From assembly GCA_002716405.1 (NCBI GenBank), contig PBBA01000006.1, positions 70,142-134,141 of the forward strand: a DNA stretch of 64,000 bases, read 5' to 3'. A program made the position numbers and the translations under genes. The notes beneath the pieces were generated by a model, which did no database searches, was not told where the DNA came from, and saw nothing but the letters and a program-made list of their open reading frames with translations. Within the stretch, counting starts at the first letter, position 1. Each line of letters opens with the position of its first letter. This document shows positions 1 through 9,524 of this stretch, one piece after another. This DNA is from Chloroflexota bacterium (GTDB lineage Bacteria; Chloroflexota; Dehalococcoidia; UBA2979).

Positions 1-653
1 TGACTAGGATCGATTAATAGACGAACAATCTCGATAGTTCGAGGTTTACCGCGTGGTTCTTGCAATTTGTAATTACGATCAATTAATTTCTTACGTAAGA
101 GAGCACGTATATCAGAATTAAATTGGCTTGCAGGAATGGTTTTACGTACTTTTCTTCTTAAACTATCATTTTCTAACATTTCAGAATCAATTAATCTTAA
201 GAGTACTTTTTGTGAATCACTAAGCTTTTCTAGATCTTGTTGAACAATATTTTTATTACTTTTAAAAAATGTAATCGGCTTCTCATTGGAGCCTGGGGGA
301 AGAAATACACTATAGGCATCCCACAATGGAGTGAGATAAGTTCTCTGTAACCATTTAGCAAGGTCCATTCTAAGCTTAGGGATACTCGGTACATTCGATA
401 CGGTTGTTTCTAAAAATCGAACTTCGGAAGGATTATATCCTGGAGTATCAAAAGGACCATCGATTACAATACCTTGAAGTACTAAACGACCAAAAGGAAC
501 ATGGACCACTTCACCAATCGCAATATCTTGATGGAATGGAACTGCATAAGAGAAAGACATGTATGTAGGATGTGTAGTATTAACTGCTACACTGACATAT
601 TTCTTTCGAAAAATTCTCGATTCTATTTCGTGTGAATTCTCTAACAAAGACAT
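1..653 (-). CDS. priA: Primosomal protein N' (PriA), N-terminal part; gene continues beyond the window start
   Basis: The - strand reading frame from ATG at 653 gives MSLLENSHEIE...FSYAVPFHQDIAIGEVVHVPFGRLVLQGIVI...LPPG, which matches the PriA N-terminal 3'-DNA-binding domain pattern (FDYxIP...G.RV.VPFG.R...G.V). It is absent from the ORF track because it is truncated by the window edge. Confidence 0.65.
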   Translation of the reverse strand, partial: MSLLENSHEIESRIFRKKYVSVAVNTTHPTYMSFSYAVPFHQDIAIGEVVHVPFGRLVLQGIVIDGPFDTPGYNPSEVRFLETTVSNVPSIPKLRMDLAKWLQRTYLTPLWDAYSVFLPPGSNEKPITFFKSNKNIVQQDLEKLSDSQKVLLRLIDSEMLENDSLRRKVRKTIPASQFNSDIRALLRKKLIDRNYKLQEPRGKPRTIEIVRLLIDPS

Positions 654-702
654 CTTCTATATAATAAGAAAAAAATACAAGAATGCATCGAGATATTAAA
701 GA

Positions 703-1047
703 TTAACGCCTAGCTTCCTTAATTCGAGCAGCGCGACCAGTCCTACCTCTTAAGTAGTACAATCGAGAACGCCGTACACGTCCTTTTCGAGTAATTTCAA
801 TTGCTTCTAATCGAGGACTGTTAAACGGAATCGTACGTTCGACTCCTATCCCAGAAGATAATCTTCGAATGGTAAAATTTCCTGCAGGTCCATTTTTAAT
901 ACGAATTACAACACCTTCAAAAGGCTGTAATCTTTCACGATTACCTTCTACAACACGTAATTGTACGCGGACATTATCCCCTACATTGAAAGATGGGAAT
1001 TCAGGATTAGGTTGCTGAACAAATTCCCGAAGATCAACAGACATCAT
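703..1047 (-). CDS. rplS: 50S ribosomal protein L19
   Basis: 114 aa with a typical L19 sequence ([28 protein letters not shown]...). It sits in the conserved position downstream of trmD. Confidence 0.95.
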   Translation of the reverse strand: MMSVDLREFVQQPNPEFPSFNVGDNVRVQLRVVEGNRERLQPFEGVVIRIKNGPAGNFTIRRLSSGIGVERTIPFNSPRLEAIEITRKGRVRRSRLYYLRGRTGRAARIKEARR

Positions 1048-1136
1048 TATCTCGCCGTTCTAAAATAATTAACCGAAGAAGCTATGTTAGTTTCGACTTT
1101 GCGTTACGTCGAGCTTTTATTCTAAATTAAACTGCA

Positions 1137-1877
1137 TTATCCATCTATTTGATTACCTTCAAGCCATATTTTCTCTGATTCAGAAAGTTGAGCACTATCT
1201 AATAAATCTGGTCGCCTAACTTTTGTCCGATAAATTTGTTGAAACCTTCTCCATCTCTCAATCTCAGCATGATGACCAGATCGGAGAATTTCTGGAACCA
1301 GATGACCTTGAAATTCAGCTGGACGTGTATATTGAGGATATTCTAGAAGACCTGCTTCGAACGATTCTTCTTCTAAAGCATCTTCTGCACCAAGAACCCC
1401 CGGTATACGTCTTGATAAAGCATCAATAAGCATTAATGCTGGGAATTCTCCACCTGAAACAACTACATCACCAACACATACCTCCTGATCGACGATCACT
1501 TCTCTCACACGCTCATCAACTCCCTCGTAGCGACCGCAAATAATTAATAAACGCTCGAATTCTAAGAGTTTTGTAAGTAAGGAGTTATTTAATCTATCTC
1601 CTTGAGGACTCATTAAGACTACATGAGCGTTAGCTGAATCTAATTTCTGAATTTCTTCAACAGCATCAAATATTGGTTCAGGCTTCATCACCATGCCAGG
1701 ACCTCCACCGAATGGATAGTCATCTACGGTTTTGTGTTTGTCTTTAGCCCAATCCCTAAGCTGATAAACAAAAACATTAATCAATCCCGATAATTGTGCA
1801 TTTTTTAAGATTGATTGATTCAGCGAAGATTCAATTATTTCTGGAAAAAGAGTAACAACATCGAACCTCATAAACAC
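1137..1877 (-). CDS. trmD: tRNA (guanine37-N1)-methyltransferase
   Basis: 246 aa with TrmD motifs (FDVVTLFPE, GRYEGVDERV). Part of the trmD-rplS operon. Confidence 0.93.
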   Translation of the reverse strand: MFMRFDVVTLFPEIIESSLNQSILKNAQLSGLINVFVYQLRDWAKDKHKTVDDYPFGGGPGMVMKPEPIFDAVEEIQKLDSANAHVVLMSPQGDRLNNSLLTKLLEFERLLIICGRYEGVDERVREVIVDQEVCVGDVVVSGGEFPALMLIDALSRRIPGVLGAEDALEEESFEAGLLEYPQYTRPAEFQGHLVPEILRSGHHAEIERWRRFQQIYRTKVRRPDLLDSAQLSESEKIWLEGNQIDG

Positions 1878-1992
1878 CTCTTATATCCATATGATCATAC
1901 ACACCTAAGACTAGATACACGATATAAGTTAAGTTTTTTTTGCCATTATACAAAAAAGCTCTTGTAGGATTATCCCAAATATGGTAATGTTT

Positions 1993-2017
1993 TGGGGTGT
2001 TATGGGGAGAAATGGGG
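1993..2017 (+). promoter_or_regulatory. Putative MraZ operator: three direct TGGGG repeats with a 10-bp period (1993-1997, 2003-2007, 2013-2017), ~50 bp upstream of mraZ
   Basis: The sequence ttTGGGGtgttaTGGGGagaaaTGGGGtag is seen directly. E. coli MraZ is known to bind phased TGGGN direct repeats at Pmra. Confidence 0.55.
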
Positions 2018-2068
2018 TAGCAACCCTGCCCGCGCCCCTGTAGTTCCCAACACAGTGAAGGCACCGAT

Positions 2069-2473
2069 GTGTACTTTTTCGGCACCTTCGAACACTCCAT
2101 CGATGAGCGCGGACGATTAGCAATCCCCGCCCGCTATCGTCGCGCGTTCGTCGACGGTGGAGTTCTTCGCCCAAGTCCAGATGGAGCTTTAGAGTTATAC
2201 ACTCAACAATCTTTTGATTCTGAAGCAACAAGACGACTTGAATCAGGTAATGGAAATCGTGAACGTTCATCGCGTAGAACACGACGTAGTTTTTTGCATG
2301 ATGCATATTCAGTTGAATTAGATAAGCAAGGACGCATACTTATTCCTCAAATACTCCGTGAAAATGGCTCTCTTGAAAATCGATGTACATTAGTAGGTTG
2401 TGGTGATTATGTAGAAATCTGGGACCCAAATCTTTGGGAAAACGAGCTGACATCTATACCACAAGATGAATAG
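2069..2473 (+). CDS. mraZ: Transcriptional regulator MraZ
   Basis: 134 aa with two DXXXR-type repeats (ERGRLAIPARYRR / DKQGRILIPQILRE). It is the first gene of the dcw cluster. Confidence 0.9.
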   Translation: MYFFGTFEHSIDERGRLAIPARYRRAFVDGGVLRPSPDGALELYTQQSFDSEATRRLESGNGNRERSSRRTRRSFLHDAYSVELDKQGRILIPQILRENGSLENRCTLVGCGDYVEIWDPNLWENELTSIPQDE

Positions 2474-2481
2474 AGGCATAA

Positions 2482-3459
2482 ATGCTCGCCACAAACCAGT
2501 CCCAGTTAGATTGGCAACCAAATCATACCCCAGTCATGTCAAATCAAGTGCTAGAAGCCTTAAGCGTGAAACCTTGCGGAAATTATATTGATGGAACTAT
2601 CGGACTAGGAGGGCATACAAAGGCAATACTAGAAGCAACTAACAACAAATGTACGGTTCTTGGAATAGATAGAGATCCACAAGTACTTGAAATTGCAAAA
2701 AAAAGACTCCGCCAATTTGGCGATTCCGTGATTTTGGCACAAGGTAATTACACAGACATACAAAGTATTTGTAATGAACATAATTTCTTGCAACCTGATG
2801 GTCTTTTACTTGATCTTGGAATTTCATCTTTTCAGCTAGAAAAAGATGGAAGAGGATTTTCATTTTTACGAGATGAATATCTAGACATGCGTATGAATCA
2901 ATCAGATTCAATTTCAGCATATGAAATTATAAATCAAACTCCAGAAAAAGAATTAGCCGATATTATCTGGAAATATGGTGAGGAACGCCAAAGTAGAAAA
3001 ATTGCTAAGGCAATTATTAATCATCGTCCAATTAGCACCACTAGAGAATTGGCGACACTTGTAGAGAATACCACACACTATAAAAAGTCATCGAAGCAAA
3101 AAATACACCCTGCGACATTAACCTTCCAAGCCATAAGGATCGCCGTAAATGATGAATTAGAACAACTGAAAAAAGTGCTTAACCTTGTGCACAGTTTACT
3201 TGAAGCAAGATCTGGGAAATTGGCAGTTATTTCTTTTCATTCACTTGAAGACAGAATTGTAAAAAATCACATCAGAGATAATAGTTCACTAAAACCTAGA
3301 GAACGATGGTCACTCGAAGAAGATACTCACCCACTCTGGTTGCAAATTAACAAAAAGGTAATCAGGCCTTCTCCGCAGGAAATTAGTATTAATCCTCGAT
3401 CCAGATCTGCACGTCTCAGAGTTGCGCAAGCAATCGCGATTGAGGAGGACATGAAATGA
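2482..3459 (+). CDS. rsmH: 16S rRNA (cytosine1402-N4)-methyltransferase RsmH (MraW)
   Basis: 325 aa with the GYIDGT and GGHT SAM-binding motifs. Conserved position after mraZ. Confidence 0.93.
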   Translation: MLATNQSQLDWQPNHTPVMSNQVLEALSVKPCGNYIDGTIGLGGHTKAILEATNNKCTVLGIDRDPQVLEIAKKRLRQFGDSVILAQGNYTDIQSICNEHNFLQPDGLLLDLGISSFQLEKDGRGFSFLRDEYLDMRMNQSDSISAYEIINQTPEKELADIIWKYGEERQSRKIAKAIINHRPISTTRELATLVENTTHYKKSSKQKIHPATLTFQAIRIAVNDELEQLKKVLNLVHSLLEARSGKLAVISFHSLEDRIVKNHIRDNSSLKPRERWSLEEDTHPLWLQINKKVIRPSPQEISINPRSRSARLRVAQAIAIEEDMK

Positions 3460-3971
3460 TAAGGATAGATCATAAAAATTCAAATACAGCGCAGAATTCT
3501 ACCTTTTGGAAACATTCGCAAGAAAATGAAAAAACTTACTTTGTAAAAGAGTCCGCTAATCTTTCAATGTTGATGAAAAAAATTTTTATCACAATGATGT
3601 TATTTGCATTGCCATTAATCGGCATGGCCCAAGTTTTACAAACAAACCAATTAGCACAAAATGGCTTAGCATTAAACAGGCTAGTCCAAGAACACAATGT
3701 ACTTAAGGCAGACGTTCGAATACTCGAAGCATCCATTGCAAGCAATGTAAAACTACGTGAGATACACCAAGAAGCTACTACGCGCTTAGGCATGATACCG
3801 GCAGAAAAAACCATGCACATATCTATTGATCAGAAGCAAGCAGCACCTATCCAAGTTCCTTTGAGATTCACAAGTGAGTCAAATGATAAACTTTTACCGC
3901 AAAAAAAATGGTGGGATTCTGTATTAGATTTCACGTTCAATTTTTTTGTGAAAGACGAAGAAAGTAATTAG
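3456..3971 (+). CDS. FtsL-like cell-division protein (single TM helix plus coiled coil)
   Basis: Bitopic topology, with a TM helix at IFITMMLFALPLIGMA followed by a heptad-like region. It sits in the ftsL position between rsmH and ftsI, and its start is ATGA-coupled to the rsmH stop. Confidence 0.5.
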   Translation: MIRIDHKNSNTAQNSTFWKHSQENEKTYFVKESANLSMLMKKIFITMMLFALPLIGMAQVLQTNQLAQNGLALNRLVQEHNVLKADVRILEASIASNVKLREIHQEATTRLGMIPAEKTMHISIDQKQAAPIQVPLRFTSESNDKLLPQKKWWDSVLDFTFNFFVKDEESN

Positions 3972-3973
3972 TA

Positions 3974-5713
3974 ATGGCGGAACAACAAACAAAACATTTA
4001 AGTTGGCGCCATTGGGCAGTTGCAATTCTGGTAATCGCTGGCTTACTTACGATTATCGGAAGACTATACCAATTACAAATTTTAGAAAATGAAAGGTATT
4101 TAGGTGAAGCCTTCAATAATCGACTTACGAGTAGCAAGGTAATTGCACCAAGAGGTCTTATCACCGATGCTACGGGTTACCCTTTGGCTATTTCAAAAGA
4201 CACGTGGGATGTCTATATAGATAGACTGCAATGGTCAGATAGAGAAAAAGCTACTGAATCAGCTCATAAAATTGGAGATTTTCTAGGCTTAGACCACAAT
4301 GAACTTTTTCAAAATGGAACAATGTCAACTTTTGGTGACTATTTGATTTATCGAGATCTAGATTACAAAACAGGACAATCGATCATTAAAGAAAATCTTT
4401 GGGGGATCAGATTAATACCTTCAACAGTTCGACAATATCCTGAAGATAATTTAGGCAAGCAAATTATTGGAGAAATTGGGACCGATAAGCATGGCTTATG
4501 GGGTATCGAATCAGATTTCGATCATATCCTACGAGGACAACCCGGATTAATAACTTTTGAAAATGACGCACTAGGGCGTCCAATTGCTTTTACATCAACT
4601 TCGTTAGACATTAATCCTGTATCTGGTAGTGAAGTACAACTAACTATTGATCGTTTTATTCAATCAATTGCTGAAAGAGAATTAGAAGTAGCCCTTGAAC
4701 GTTATAAGGCTTCTGGAGGATCTATATTAGTAATGGATCCACGAACGGGTGCTATTTTAGCGATGGCTTCTGCAAGTACCAATGAAATGAGTACTTCAGA
4801 TATTCAAAAAAACCTACCTAATTATATAAAAAACCGAACAATCACAGATTTATATGAACCGGGGTCAGTTCTAAAAACATTGACGACAGCCACAGCTATA
4901 GATCTCAATTTAGTCGATATCAATACAACCTATGATGATACCGGATCGGTCAATGTTGATGGAACTATCATACGGAATTGGGATTTTCAATCCCATGGAA
5001 AAGTTACAGTACGAGAATATCTTCAAAAATCTTTGAATACTGGAGCTGTTTGGTTAGCAACAGAAATTGGAAAAAATTCTTTTTATACATATTTCAAAAA
5101 TTTTGGTTTAGGGAATTCAACTCATTTAGGCCTTAGTGGAGAAGCTTCAGGATTAATGCGGACACCTTCTGAAAATGATTGGTATTACGTAGATTTGGCT
5201 GCAAATTCTTATGGTCAAGGATTATCAGCAACACCACTCCAAGTACTAACTGCCATAAATTCTTTTGCTAACGGTGGAAAATTAATGCGTCCATACATTG
5301 TTTCAAGAATTATTTCAGAAAATGAAATTCGAGAACATCAACCGGTGTTAGTAAAGCAAGTCGTGACAGAAAAAACTGCAAAGACAATGGCACAATTAAT
5401 GCGTGATGTAGTTCACGGAACCATTTACCATGGAGCAAGGTTAAAAGAACATACCGTAGCCGGCAAAACTGGAACTACTATAGTTTCTTCCGAATCAGGT
5501 TATGATTTTAATACAACCATCGCATCTTTCGCTGGTTTCGTACCTTATGAATCACCTGCTGTATCAATTTTGGTAAAAATCGATACCCCCGAAGGAGATC
5601 TTCGCTTGGGTGGTCAAGTAGCAGCTCCTGTATTCGCAAAAATTGCAAAAGAGATAATGGCTTATAAACAAATCCCATCTTCATACGACTTGGTAGCAAT
5701 CAATGAAAACTGA
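3974..5713 (+). CDS. ftsI: Peptidoglycan D,D-transpeptidase FtsI (class B PBP)
   Basis: 579 aa with an N-terminal TM helix and the SxxK (SVLK), SxN (SLN) and KTG (KTGT) motifs. Located in the dcw cluster. Confidence 0.9.
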   Translation: MAEQQTKHLSWRHWAVAILVIAGLLTIIGRLYQLQILENERYLGEAFNNRLTSSKVIAPRGLITDATGYPLAISKDTWDVYIDRLQWSDREKATESAHKIGDFLGLDHNELFQNGTMSTFGDYLIYRDLDYKTGQSIIKENLWGIRLIPSTVRQYPEDNLGKQIIGEIGTDKHGLWGIESDFDHILRGQPGLITFENDALGRPIAFTSTSLDINPVSGSEVQLTIDRFIQSIAERELEVALERYKASGGSILVMDPRTGAILAMASASTNEMSTSDIQKNLPNYIKNRTITDLYEPGSVLKTLTTATAIDLNLVDINTTYDDTGSVNVDGTIIRNWDFQSHGKVTVREYLQKSLNTGAVWLATEIGKNSFYTYFKNFGLGNSTHLGLSGEASGLMRTPSENDWYYVDLAANSYGQGLSATPLQVLTAINSFANGGKLMRPYIVSRIISENEIREHQPVLVKQVVTEKTAKTMAQLMRDVVHGTIYHGARLKEHTVAGKTGTTIVSSESGYDFNTTIASFAGFVPYESPAVSILVKIDTPEGDLRLGGQVAAPVFAKIAKEIMAYKQIPSSYDLVAINEN

Positions 5714-7136
5714 TAAAAAACCTTTATTCGATTCCGATTTAATTAATGAAGCTTTAGGTAAAGACCTTCAATCACGGCTTGGAGCCAAACAAACATTCAA
5801 AAGAGCTGTTATTGACTCACGCGAAGTTAAATCTGGTGATCTTTTTGTAGCACTACCTGGAACTATTACTAATGGACACCTGCATGCTGCGGCTGCCATT
5901 AAGGCAGGGGCTAATGGATGCTTATTAGAAAGGCATGTTGAAGGAACAGAAACAGGGGAAATCTTCTTTGTAAACGATACTCTCAATGCTTTACAAAAAA
6001 TTGCAGCCTATTGGAGAAGATCTCTTAGAGACCTAACCGTTATTGGAGTTACTGGCAACGTAGGCAAAACAACTACCAAAATACTCACCGCCGAGCTAAT
6101 TGCATCAAAATATGAGGTTCAATTTAGCAAAGCAAATTATAACAATGAAATTGGCGTCCCTCTTTGTCTACTTGAACTACAGCCCACGACTGATTTTTCA
6201 GTAATCGAAATGGGTATGTATACGACAAATGAAATATCTTTACTATGCAAATGGAGTAAACCCACAATAGGCATAGTCCTAAATGTTGGTCCCGTTCATT
6301 TAGAACGCGCAGGATCGATGGAAAATATTATCAAAGCAAAGCAAGAATTAGTTGAAGCTTTGCCAGAGAATGGTGTAGCTATCCTTAATTCAGATGATCC
6401 TGCTGTGCGCAAGATGGCAGAGCATACTTCAGCAAATGTAATTTTTATAGGTCAAGATCCATCTGCAATGATTCGTGGAACGCAGATTACAAGTAACGGT
6501 CAAAATGGATTTAGTTTTAACTTAGAAATTAAAAATCAGAAAAGGAAAATTCAAGTTCCTTTCCCAGGAAAACACTTGATAACTAATTTATTAGCTGCAA
6601 TAGCTGTAGCTAACACTCTAGGAATGGACATCGATGAGATAGCTGAAAAAATACCAAATTTGGACAGTACTCTCCGAACTAAAATTTCTACACTCCCCGG
6701 AAACATACTACTTCTGGATGATACATATAACGCCAGCCCTGTATCTATGCATGCAGCAATTACTTTGTTATCTGAATTACCAGGAAGACATTTTGCATTA
6801 CTGGGAGACATGCTTGAACTAGGAAATGAAAGCCAAAAAGCACATCAGGAGATTGGAAAATTTGCAGCAAAAAATATTGATGTCTTATTTACTATCGGCG
6901 ACTTAGGATTAACCATTAGCGAAGCTGCACACAAATTTGGAAATCTTGAGGCAAGCCATATAAATGAACGAAATACAGCTGCACAGATTATCGCTAATCA
7001 ATTAAGGCCGGGTGATGCAATTTTAATCAAAGGATCTCGAGGTTTGCGGCTGGAAACTGTCGTCATGGAACTATCTAAAATATTAAGCGAAATATATACA
7101 AGTCAGTCATTTAGCAATAATGAGGTTGAACCATAA
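5703..7136 (+). CDS. murF: UDP-N-acetylmuramoyl-tripeptide--D-alanyl-D-alanine ligase (MurF-like Mur ligase)
   Basis: Contains a GVTGNVGKTTTK P-loop and a NYNNEIGVPL motif typical of MurF. It is the only Mur ligase present between ftsI and mraY. Confidence 0.75.
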   Translation: MKTDKKPLFDSDLINEALGKDLQSRLGAKQTFKRAVIDSREVKSGDLFVALPGTITNGHLHAAAAIKAGANGCLLERHVEGTETGEIFFVNDTLNALQKIAAYWRRSLRDLTVIGVTGNVGKTTTKILTAELIASKYEVQFSKANYNNEIGVPLCLLELQPTTDFSVIEMGMYTTNEISLLCKWSKPTIGIVLNVGPVHLERAGSMENIIKAKQELVEALPENGVAILNSDDPAVRKMAEHTSANVIFIGQDPSAMIRGTQITSNGQNGFSFNLEIKNQKRKIQVPFPGKHLITNLLAAIAVANTLGMDIDEIAEKIPNLDSTLRTKISTLPGNILLLDDTYNASPVSMHAAITLLSELPGRHFALLGDMLELGNESQKAHQEIGKFAAKNIDVLFTIGDLGLTISEAAHKFGNLEASHINERNTAAQIIANQLRPGDAILIKGSRGLRLETVVMELSKILSEIYTSQSFSNNEVEP

Positions 7137-8125
7137 TGATATACCCTTTATTGGTTGGTGGACTTTCGTTCTTAATAGCCTTAATTGGAGGTCGTTACGT
7201 AGTAAATGTTTTAAAGGCCTTCAAAATTGGTAAGGAGATATCACAGCACGGGCCAACCTCACATCATGCCAAGGAAGGTACACCAACAATGGGAGGTCTT
7301 ATCATCTTTGGGACTGTCGTTATAATTACAATCTGTACAAATATTTTTGCAATCCAAGAAGGAAAATTCTCTATCGAAAGAGCTTCAATTCTTCTCCCAT
7401 TAATCGTAATAATCATTACGATGTGCATCGGTTTCTGGGATGATTTAGGTACACTAGTAAATATAAAAGGCAGGAAAGCTTTAAGTTGGAAAATTAAGTT
7501 TTTCTTAATTTCTATTCTCTCTATTGCCGTGTCATTAATATTATATTTTCAACTCGAAGCGAAAAGTGCCAACTTCCCCATTTTTGGTCAATTCGAATTA
7601 GGTTACTTATATATTTTTGTAGCAGTATTAATATTATTCTCTACAACAAGTGCCGTCTCTATAACTGATGGACTTGATGGTTTATTGAGTGGAACAGCAG
7701 CTATAGCTTTTGCAGCTTATGCAGTAATAGCACTCGCTCAAGGACAAGATTATTTAGCCGTTTTTTCTTTCACTGTAGTCGGTGCTTTACTTGGTTTTTT
7801 GTGGCACAATGCCCACCCTGCTCAGGTATTTATGGGAGATACAGGGGCACTTCCATTAGGTGCATCATTAGCTACTGTCGCATTAATGACCGGCCACTGG
7901 CTCATTCTCCCCATTATAGGAATTGTATTTGTTATCGAGGCAGTTTCAACAATCCTTCAAATTATTTACTTTCAAACCACTGGAGGTAGTCGTTTATTTC
8001 GAATGACGCCACTACATCATCATTTTGAATTAATTGGTTGGAGTGAACCACAAGTTGTCCTTCGATTATGGTTACTGGGAATTATCGGAGCATTGATTGG
8101 AATTACACTGGCATTATCAATATGA
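7136..8125 (+). CDS. mraY: Phospho-N-acetylmuramoyl-pentapeptide transferase
   Basis: 329-aa polytopic membrane protein with MraY motifs (GLDGL, HHHFE). Its start overlaps the murF stop as ATGA. Confidence 0.95.
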   Translation: MIYPLLVGGLSFLIALIGGRYVVNVLKAFKIGKEISQHGPTSHHAKEGTPTMGGLIIFGTVVIITICTNIFAIQEGKFSIERASILLPLIVIIITMCIGFWDDLGTLVNIKGRKALSWKIKFFLISILSIAVSLILYFQLEAKSANFPIFGQFELGYLYIFVAVLILFSTTSAVSITDGLDGLLSGTAAIAFAAYAVIALAQGQDYLAVFSFTVVGALLGFLWHNAHPAQVFMGDTGALPLGASLATVALMTGHWLILPIIGIVFVIEAVSTILQIIYFQTTGGSRLFRMTPLHHHFELIGWSEPQVVLRLWLLGIIGALIGITLALSI

Positions 8126-8141
8126 AAAATAGAAGTTAAGA

Positions 8142-9524
8142 ATGCAAACAAAATCTAAGTTCTCCGGGAAAAATGTAACTGTTGTTGGTCTAGGAATAGA
8201 AGGGATCGATCTTGTACGTTATTTAACCAAGCAAGGAGCAAAGGTAATAGTTTCTGATTCACGAAAAGAAGCAGAATTGACAGAACAAATCCACTCAATT
8301 GCTGACTGTTCTCCTACTTTGTCGCTTGGCAAAAATCGCATTAAACAGATGCTCTCTTCAGAAATGATCTTCGTATCACAAGGAGTTAATCAAAACGCTA
8401 CATTTATAAATACTGCCCGAAAAAATGGAATAGAAATATCTTCCATGTCAAAATTATTTCTACAGATATGTCCCGTTAATATTACTGCAGTAACAGGTTC
8501 ATCAGGTAAAACCACAACGACATTTTTACTAGATAGTATTCTTACAAATTCAAAAATACCCCATTTAATTGGGGGGAATATCGGTATTGGTTTACTTGGT
8601 TTACTCGAAAATATAACTCCTGAATCCAGGGTATTAATTGAATTATCACATACACAATTAGAGACTATTGATAACAGCCCACAATTATCTTGTGTGACCA
8701 ACGTCACTCCCAATCACCTAGACAAATTCTCTTGGGATTCTTATGTAAACCTTAAACGCCGTATTTTTGAATTCCAAAATAAAGAAGATACTGTCATCCT
8801 TAATTTTGATAATAATATATGCAGAGAATTCTCTACTGAATCTGTTGGAAACGTGATCTATACATCTAGAAAACAAAATTTAAATACCGATGGTGTTTAT
8901 CTAGAAAATGAAAAAATATATGCACAATTTCAACAAGAAATATTACCAATTATGAACGTTGGTGATATATCTATACCAGGAATACACAATATCGAAAATG
9001 TATTGTCCGCTTCTGCTTTGGCTCTTCAAATGGGTGTTCCGGTTAAAGAAATCAGTGATGCAGTATCAAGTTTCCAAGGAGTTCCTCATAGGCTAGAATC
9101 AGTGGCTATTAAATCTGGAGTTTTATACGTAAATGATTCAATCGCCACCACTCCAGAACGTACCATTGCAGGAATTAATTCATTCAAACAACCTATCGTC
9201 ATAATCTTAGGTGGCAGAGACAAAAATCTTCCACTGAGTGAAATGGCTGATCTAATCAATCAACGCTGCCGCGCAGTAATCACTTTTGGAGAAGCATCAG
9301 AGCTTTATGCAAAGTCTATAGCCGATATACTTCAAGGTAACTCACCAACAATAGACCAAGTCGAAAATGTATCTGACGCAGTTATGATCGCTCAACGACG
9401 AGCTCAATCAGGGGATGTAGTTTTATTTTCTCCAGCAGGAACATCTTTCGATGCTTTTCATACTTTCGAAGAAAGAGGGGCTTCCTTCATAGAGGCAGTA
9501 TCACAGATAGGCGAAAAATTTTGA
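8142..9524 (+). CDS. murD: UDP-N-acetylmuramoylalanine--D-glutamate ligase
   Basis: N-terminal Rossmann-like segment (VTVVGLGIEG) and a GSSGKTTTT P-loop. dcw position. Confidence 0.9.
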   Translation: MQTKSKFSGKNVTVVGLGIEGIDLVRYLTKQGAKVIVSDSRKEAELTEQIHSIADCSPTLSLGKNRIKQMLSSEMIFVSQGVNQNATFINTARKNGIEISSMSKLFLQICPVNITAVTGSSGKTTTTFLLDSILTNSKIPHLIGGNIGIGLLGLLENITPESRVLIELSHTQLETIDNSPQLSCVTNVTPNHLDKFSWDSYVNLKRRIFEFQNKEDTVILNFDNNICREFSTESVGNVIYTSRKQNLNTDGVYLENEKIYAQFQQEILPIMNVGDISIPGIHNIENVLSASALALQMGVPVKEISDAVSSFQGVPHRLESVAIKSGVLYVNDSIATTPERTIAGINSFKQPIVIILGGRDKNLPLSEMADLINQRCRAVITFGEASELYAKSIADILQGNSPTIDQVENVSDAVMIAQRRAQSGDVVLFSPAGTSFDAFHTFEERGASFIEAVSQIGEKF

